In this document: one piece after another, positions 8,601 to 14,548 of the stretch
Layout of the letters: every line of letters starts with the position of its first letter
Position numbering within the stretch: position 1 is the stretch's first letter
DNA from: Paraspadella gotoi
Lineage: Eukaryota > Animalia > Chaetognatha
NCBI GenBank assembly: GCA_051294375.1
Contig: JBJCIZ010000936.1
Location: forward strand, 1 to 14,548
Direction of reading: 5' to 3'
DNA: 14,548 nucleotides
Position numbers and translations under genes: made by a program
Notes under the pieces: generated by a model
The model's database searches: none
Told to the model about the DNA's origin: nothing
The model's input: only the letters and a program-made list of their open reading frames with translations

Positions 8601-8804
8601 ATCTTGAAATCGCAGGCCTTGGTGTGGGCCGTGCGCGCCAGGAGTCCGCTGGATCCTCCTCGTCGCGAACTTGTGGTCGCCGCTAAAGCGGCAAATCGAC
8701 GCCTTGGGGGCCAATCTGCGTTGACCGTTGCGACCAACGAGGGGCATCTTCTGAAAGGTCCTGATGATCCTTCAGGTTCTGGGTCCACTGCTCTGCTGGG
8801 CTGA

Positions 8805-9200
8805 TGATTCTTGATAGTGTGTCCGCTACGACTTGGCCTTGGCCGGACTCGATGTAGTCGGATGTTGTTTAGTGTATTCGGAGATGGTAGATAATTGATA
8901 TGTTTGACGCATTGAGTGTGGGCTCAGATTTTCTTGCGTATGGCGGGAACTAGGCTGTGTCTGGTCATAGAGAACAGAACGTAAGTAGCGCCCTACCAGG
9001 AAGGGCCTTGAGTGCCGGACTGAGCGATGTGGCGGCAAGGAGTTCCTGTCGAAAGGTGGCCAATTTTGGTCTGGTTTTGAGGCTAGCGGGCTGAGAAAAG
9101 CCTAAGGGTTGCCATTGAACGCACCAATCTTCTGGCTCCAGGAGCGCCGCCGGATGGCCGTTAGTGACGCATGCGACGGTCCAGGGCCAGAGGTCCCCGT
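8805..9200 (-). pseudogene. pol: RNase H domain of pol, frameshifted
   Basis: WQPLGF, ATF..ELLAA, RPFL.GR, RQTYQLSTISEYT and ADTLSR (8809-8826). Confidence 0.88.
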
Positions 9201-10170
9201 CACAGGGTGGAGACAAGCATTAGTTTGCAATTTGGCCAGAGCTTTCTTTGCGACTTGTTGAGAGGCTTGAAGTCATCTCAATCGGTGCCGCATTTGAGGG
9301 ACTCGGGGGTTGCCTTTTAAGGCTTGGTATATGTGTTAAGGACTTCGGCGATGTGTGGAATGAAACGCCGGTAGTAGTTGAGCATGCCCGAAGTATCCTT
9401 GAACCTCTTTGACTGATGTTGGCTGTGGGAATTGTTTGATGTGTTCGATTTTGTGTCAATGGCGCTGACGCCCTGTTGCGTCTACCTGGTAACAAGAAAG
9501 TCGAGTGATGTACGCCAGTACGCATTCTTGCCCGTTCACGTACTAGAACGCATTTGCCTTGCAGGGTGTCAAACGTAGTGTGGAGGATCTTGCATGTTTC
9601 TTCTTTGTTGCTTGAGGCGACGCAGGATGTCGCATCCTTTCTAGATATAGCAAAGATGGTGTGGTACATTCTTTGAGGGCTTCGTCCATCATCCTTTGAA
9701 AATCGGGACTCCTGCATTCTTGAGGCCAAATGGTGTGAAGGATTCCAAGAGCCAAAGGAAGTGATGAACGGCTGTTCTTGCAAATATGCCTGCTCTGCTA
9801 CCAGGTACTTGATGGTAAGCCGTTTACAAAGATCTACTTTTTTTTTTTTGAAAAAATTTGGTTTTGCGTTGCAACATGGCATTTAAATCCAGGTCAGAAT
9901 TTTTGATGGGGTAGCGGTTTGGTCTTTTGTGACTGCGGTTGAGGCGCTGTAGTCGCCGAGGCAACATCTGAGTGAGGCCGTCAGGTTTTTTTGACCACGG
10001 TGTAGTGGGTGATGCCTGCAAGCACTTCTTGCTCTTCTGTATAATGCCCAGCCCTTCTCCATTTTTTTGCAAAAATTCTTCTTTGGCTTGCTTTTGAGTT
10101 TGTTCAGGCGCAAGTTCGGCGTGCTTGGGATGGACAGGCGGACCCTCGGATTGGGAATGTCGGTGTTCTA
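9200..10170 (-). pseudogene. pol: Reverse transcriptase and connection region of pol, frameshifted
   Basis: SPTTPWS, KKPDG.LRC.GDY, RYPI, KVDL..AYHQV, FGLKNAG, FQRMMDEALK, a garbled Y.DD-IL.AS region near 9615-9650, KCVL and GMLNYYRRFIP. Confidence 0.9.
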
Positions 10171-10359
10171 CACCATGGCTGGTGGTCTTCGAAGGTCAAA
10201 TCTGAGTTGTGTGAGTTTCTGGCGTGGTCGCTACAATCATTTGAAAATAGGCATTATGGACCTGTATTGGACTCTGAAAGGCTGTCCAGATAAGATGTTG
10301 CCTTGTGATTTGTTTGAAAGAAGTCGTTCAAGAATCGACGGAAGAGGGCGAGCTTGTGG

Positions 10360-10590
10360 TCGGCGCTAAATGATCTTCCACTCAGAAAAATCAGCTCCAA
10401 GATAGGGGTCGTAACCGTCAGAAGTACGGTTGTTATGGTATGTGTGCGTCTCCTAGTCTGATAGTGATTTGTTTTGGTGCCGTAGGAAGACGATTGCAGA
10501 CCCGTTGTGCAGCGATGAAGTCTGAGGCGCGGAGGGCCACCCGCGGAGCTTTTCTGATGACGAAGGTGCCCGATCAAAGCTGACGCTTGC
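10360..10590 (-). pseudogene. pol: Aspartic protease, frameshifted
   Basis: ALI(D..) near 10572-10582, AA(.)NGSAI.SYGTK near 10470-10517, and TP.LGADF near 10387-10412. The catalytic DTG is not readable. Confidence 0.7.
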
Positions 10591-10599
10591 ACCACCGTG

Positions 10600-12250
10600 C
10601 CACAAGCCATCTCCAGTCGTTGATGTGTCATACAGCGTGCAGTAAGGTGTTCTATATACTACCAGGCAGTCGTGCGTTTACCTGCCTCACCGGCTGCTGG
10701 CTTGGTCCGTTTGCCTCCGTGGCTTGCATCCTGGGTACATTTGAATGCTCGGTCTCCAACATCGTCCTGCTGAATAGAAACAGAGTCCGTTGACGAGTGT
10801 CAGGGAGAAGAAGTTAAAGGATTTGAGGCTGGGGTCGATGGTTGAATGTGCGTGTTGTTGGGGAAACACGGCGCTGCTGATTGTTTGCGTGTGTCTTCGG
10901 TAGTTTAGGCGGTGGCTGGCTGCCTGGGTGCGCAAGTTTGGCCAGGCGCCGGAGGTTCGCGGCACACACGCTTGGCGTACGTGCGTGGAGCCTTATCCTT
11001 CCTGTCGGAAGATGTATCATCCGCCAATTCGGCGCATAATCGCTCTGTCTCCGAGTGTCCGATAGGTCGTCTCAAAGATCGCCCCCATCTGTTTGAGGTG
11101 TCGAACGTAATTGGACGACTTTTCCACTGGTTTTTGAGACGTATCTGAAGATCGCCTTGGGCGGAATAGAAATGCGTGCAGCTTTTTGGCGATTCGCCTC
11201 CGGCGTCTCGTCCCCGCCGTCACTAACTTCACCCTTCCAGCCACATGGGCCGGGACGGACCTCGGCAAGGATGCCGCGTTGAAGATGTGGTAGATCTCTG
11301 AGGGATTCGACCTCTGCACGCCAGTGCGCCACAAAAACTGCGAGGGAGTGCGTCCTTGGAGGGAGTGACATGTCCTACGGAGCCTTTGAGCCTTTCTGCC
11401 GGGCTTTTCGGCAAACAACTCGTTAAGCCTGTTTTTTCAGAGTTTTGGTAACAGCCGGACACAGGGTGATCATTCGCGTATAAACCTCTGATCCAGTACT
11501 CGATGCCTCTGCGGAATCGCACTGGAACGATACAGCTTTTGGAGTTGTTTCGTCATGAACCTGAAGCGAGGCGTGAAACTCCCCTCGACTGCAGCAAAGC
11601 CAGGCTCGATGTTGCTTGTACATCGAAGGTGGCAACTTTTGGCGTCCTTCGAACGGCTTGGTCGGCTTGCGTCTCCAGATCATCGGGTTTGCGTGAGGGA
11701 GGAGGCTCCCATTGCGCTGACGTCTCCTGGATGAGCTTGACCGTGCATAATTGGCACATACGTTGGCCGATGGTACCTGTCCGTCCTTGTGCTTCTGTAC
11801 CGTAGTCCGCCTGAGCTTCCACTAGCTTTTGGATTTCTCTCGTGAGGTGTTGGGATAGAAGCTTATGATGCTTCATTTACTCTGCCTTGTTTTGATTCGC
11901 CATCCTGTCGGTTGCTGCTGCGACAATAACCCATTTGAATGACACGCTTGTGCGGTCGCACTGATGCGACATTGGGTCGATGGGGGGTGTGGCCGAGGAC
12001 TTTGGGCCTGTGTCTGTGCCGGGTCGCCGATGGCGGTGTCTGAACTCGCGACGTTGTCGCATGCCTTGGTGATGAGGTGGCGCTGATCGAACCGGGGTGG
12101 CGGTGCAGATGGTGATCACGCGGGTGGTGGGGTGGCGTCCTCCATACCGGCGCTCGCCTTGAGGTTCCGGCAGAAGGCCTGAGTCGGCGAGCCGCGGCGT
12201 CCTCCACGTCTAGCCAGCGGGCTTCCACTGCTCCCAACAGCGTGTCATCA
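10600..12250 (-). pseudogene. gag: Probable gag region, frameshifted
   Basis: GC-rich, with overlapping minus-strand ORF pieces, positioned between the leader and the protease. No unambiguous capsid or zinc-knuckle motif is readable. Confidence 0.55.
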
Positions 12251-12990
12251 TGAATGGTTGTGTAGAATGATTGGCCTAATAAATTTGGCTGTAAAAAATA
12301 CCTAATTCTGCGGCCGAACCACGCAAAGATAAAAGAATTTTCATCTTTTTATCAAGGGAGAAACAATCCGAAGAGACAAATTTCGTCGTGTAATGCTGTT
12401 CTATACGAATTAAGCGAGCTGGCAATTCTCGTGATGCAATTGTTTTACTCAGCCGTGCGCCGCGTAGCGTCAAAGTCGAAAAAACGCGTTGGCGGCTTCG
12501 GTTTTTTAATTACCCCGCTAGGTTAGTTTAACTCGAACGTTTACTTTACAACTTAGCAGCTAATTTTTACAATTTCTCCAAAATCAACGAAAAATCGATT
12601 AGCGCTTAGTCATCCGAATCCTTTCAAATAACAAACACAATACAAAACATCGATGAGGCTTTGACTCGCGGCTAACTCCGCGGTAATGATCGCGCAAACT
12701 GTCTGCCGACCGGACCTTGGAAACACGAACGCTAGGCGCGCGCGACTGACGAACAAATAGAAAATTGCCGTAAAGTCGTTTCAAAATTTTTCGAAACAGA
12801 AAAATCGCGTCTGACTCGCCGACAATCAGGCCCGTGAACTGAGTGAATCTCTTTCTCACTAAACTTACACACGCCTAATTAATGACTGATGAAAATACAA
12901 TAATCGGATCAACATCCACTCGATGCCAATCAACACTACAAATCACATCTGAAAAAAACAAACATTCAGAAGCGTTACCTCTACTCCTTC

Positions 12991-13008
12991 TTAGTCGGAT
13001 CACGCAAC
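12991..13008 (-). other. Primer binding site, tRNA-Trp-like
   Basis: Minus strand reads GT-TGCGTGATCCGAC right after the 5' LTR. This resembles TGGTGACCCCGAC, the complement of the metazoan tRNA-Trp 3' end. Confidence 0.55.
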
Positions 13009-13316
13009 TGTAGAGCAGACCGCAGACTGTAATAATCAAATACTGACGAGAGAGTGAACGATTAGTGACGATGTAGACGAGAAGTACGAAAAGAAGCTGA
13101 GTTCAGCTCTTCCTGATTCCACTTTCGTTGCAATCGCCCGGCCACAACTTGTACCTTACAGCGTCGCCCTCGGCCTCATTACTCGTGTCCGGTAATTACA
13201 GGTTCCTTGCCCAAACGCTCAGGGCAACGTGACCGGTGTGACACATAGACGGGCTCGAAAAAGAGGAGAGAGCGAAGGGTTTAGAGAGAGCAGACCCGCG
13301 AAGGTAAGTCGCCTCA
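13009..13316 (-). repeat. 5' LTR (308 bp)
   Basis: TGTAGA...GGTAAGTCGCCTCA, colinear with 6317-6602 but with many 1-nt insertions. Confidence 0.9.
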
Positions 13317-13427
13317 CTCATCAACATCTGAGGGTAAAGGGTCACGCTTACCGCGACAAACTATATATCTTAATTTTACACTATATATCTTACTTTTAAA
13401 CAATTATTATTTGCTTATTATATTCTA

Positions 13428-13511
13428 TATAACCCATTTTTGGAGAGTGAGTCAGTGTTATCTTCTGGAAATAGAGGAGCATCTATACAACACAAAGGTT
13501 AGAACTACAAT
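13428..13511 (-). repeat. Dispersed repeat fragment, inverted partner of 2492-2575
   Basis: AGTCAGTGTTATCTTCTGGAAATAGAGGAGCATCTATACAACACAAAGGTTAG. Confidence 0.8.
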
Positions 13512-14012
13512 AGAATACATTAGACAGGCAATATTTTAATTTAATATTTGGCTTCAAATTATTAAATAACATTTTCTTTTAAATGAAATGATTGGCACCA
13601 ATATAAAATTATCCATTCCATTTAATAATAGCTATCTTGCCCTGACTTTGGGAAGGCTTTGGTGGTTTGGCCTCCATCACTCTTACAAGAATGCATAGCT
13701 CATTAGCATTAGATCATAAGTTTATCAGTTATCATCTTAGTTTAAAGAGCCTTTCCCTCATTAAAATTGCCTACTTTTATTCAGTTAACTATGGTAAACC
13801 AACAAATTGTCAATTACCTATTACTGAATAATTTTTGCCTAAGTTCACCCCTTATTACCGCTGGTCCTTCTTGAGATCTGAAGACGGCGCTGAGGAAGTT
13901 AAGGCTAGTAAATTCTTAAATTTAACTTTAATTAAAATTCTAAAAGTGAGGACGACACCATTAATAAATGGAACATTTATGTAATAAAAAATTTATAATA
14001 GATTTTAAATTT

Positions 14013-14480
14013 ATGCAGTAGGCCATATTTATACTACTATCTAATCCAATAAATGTTAAAATTTTAAACAGTTTTTTTTTTTTTTTTTTGCAGATTTGGA
14101 TTCGTCATACGCAGTAGGCCATATTTTCTAGTACTAAACCAATAAATGTTAATTTCCAACAGTTTTTTGTAAGATTTTTTTTTACAGATTTGGATTCGTC
14201 ATAATAGTTGAAATATAACTCTTTTTTAAAAAATTCCTTCATTAAGTGGGTCAAAATTAGAAAAGCTATATTTTAAGCTGGAAATTAACTTTTTATATAT
14301 TAAATATATTTTTTAAAAATTTTTAACCCACTTAATGAAATAATTTTTTAAAAATGATTTATATTTTCTTTTATCAACTTTTGACGAAGAATTCAAATCT
14401 GCAATCAAAATTAAAAAAAGCCTATTTTTAAATTTTTCATTTTATAAGGATAGTACTATATATAATATAGCCTACTGCGT
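14013..14480. mobile_element. Foldback/MITE-like imperfect palindrome with a duplicated left module
   Basis: ACGCAGTAGGC 14109-14119 pairs with GCCTACTGCGT 14470-14480. CAGATTTGGATTCGTCA pairs with TGACGAAGAATTCAAATCTG, and TTCATTAAGTGGGT with ACCCACTTAATGAA. A ~96-bp unit is tandemly duplicated at 14013-14108 and 14109-14202. Confidence 0.7.
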
Positions 14481-14548
14481 TTAAAAACATAAAATTAATT
14501 CTTTTTACAATGTATAGTTATGATGGGTATGATTGTTCATATAACTTT

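Larger units (their letters stand above)
6317..13316 (-). mobile_element. Full-length Ty3/Gypsy LTR retrotransposon (CsRN1/Kabuki-like pol)
   Basis: Paired TG...CA LTRs, PPT, PBS, domain order PR-RT-RH-IN, flanks CTCTAT (6311-6316) and CTCAT (13317-13321). Clade assignment rests on motif recognition and the Trp-like PBS. Confidence 0.93.

Noticed and set aside
9836-9860. A/T homopolymer runs in RT as a programmed frameshift site
   Set aside because: Lies within the RT core rather than at a gag-pol junction, so it is more likely homopolymer error.
7056-11805. Plus-strand ORFs inside the retrotransposon, e.g. 7655-8158, as antisense genes
   Set aside because: Short shadow ORFs opposite GC-rich gag/pol with no motifs.
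12994-13001. GTCGGATC shared between the PBS region and the HINE subTIR
   Set aside because: Only 8 bp in an error-prone region, and the PBS explains it.
13361-13400. 20-bp tandem duplication CTATATATCTTA(A/C)TTTTA
   Set aside because: Ordinary local slippage in AT-rich DNA.

Overview
AT-rich, repeat-dense eukaryotic DNA, probably from an invertebrate (inference). No intact host gene is recognisable. The largest feature is a full-length Ty3/Gypsy LTR retrotransposon on the minus strand (6317-13316). It has two LTRs, a PPT, a tRNA-Trp-like PBS, a near-matching TSD and gag-PR-RT-RH-IN broken by many single-base indels that look like uncorrected long-read error. The left 5.3 kb is a nest of non-autonomous elements. 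These include several DINE-1/HINE-like copies (one apparently complete, 4254-5117) and a long inverted-repeat element (1136-3205) whose left arm carries a 330-bp insert with two perfect heat-shock elements, TATA and AATAAA. Most interesting are three related repeats, each carrying a minimal type I hammerhead ribozyme core with compensatory helix II changes. The intact copy lies in a ~369-bp unit flanked by a 14-bp direct repeat, consistent with a Penelope-associated or retrozyme-like mobile RNA. The right end holds a foldback-like palindrome. All alignments were done by eye, so boundaries are approximate.
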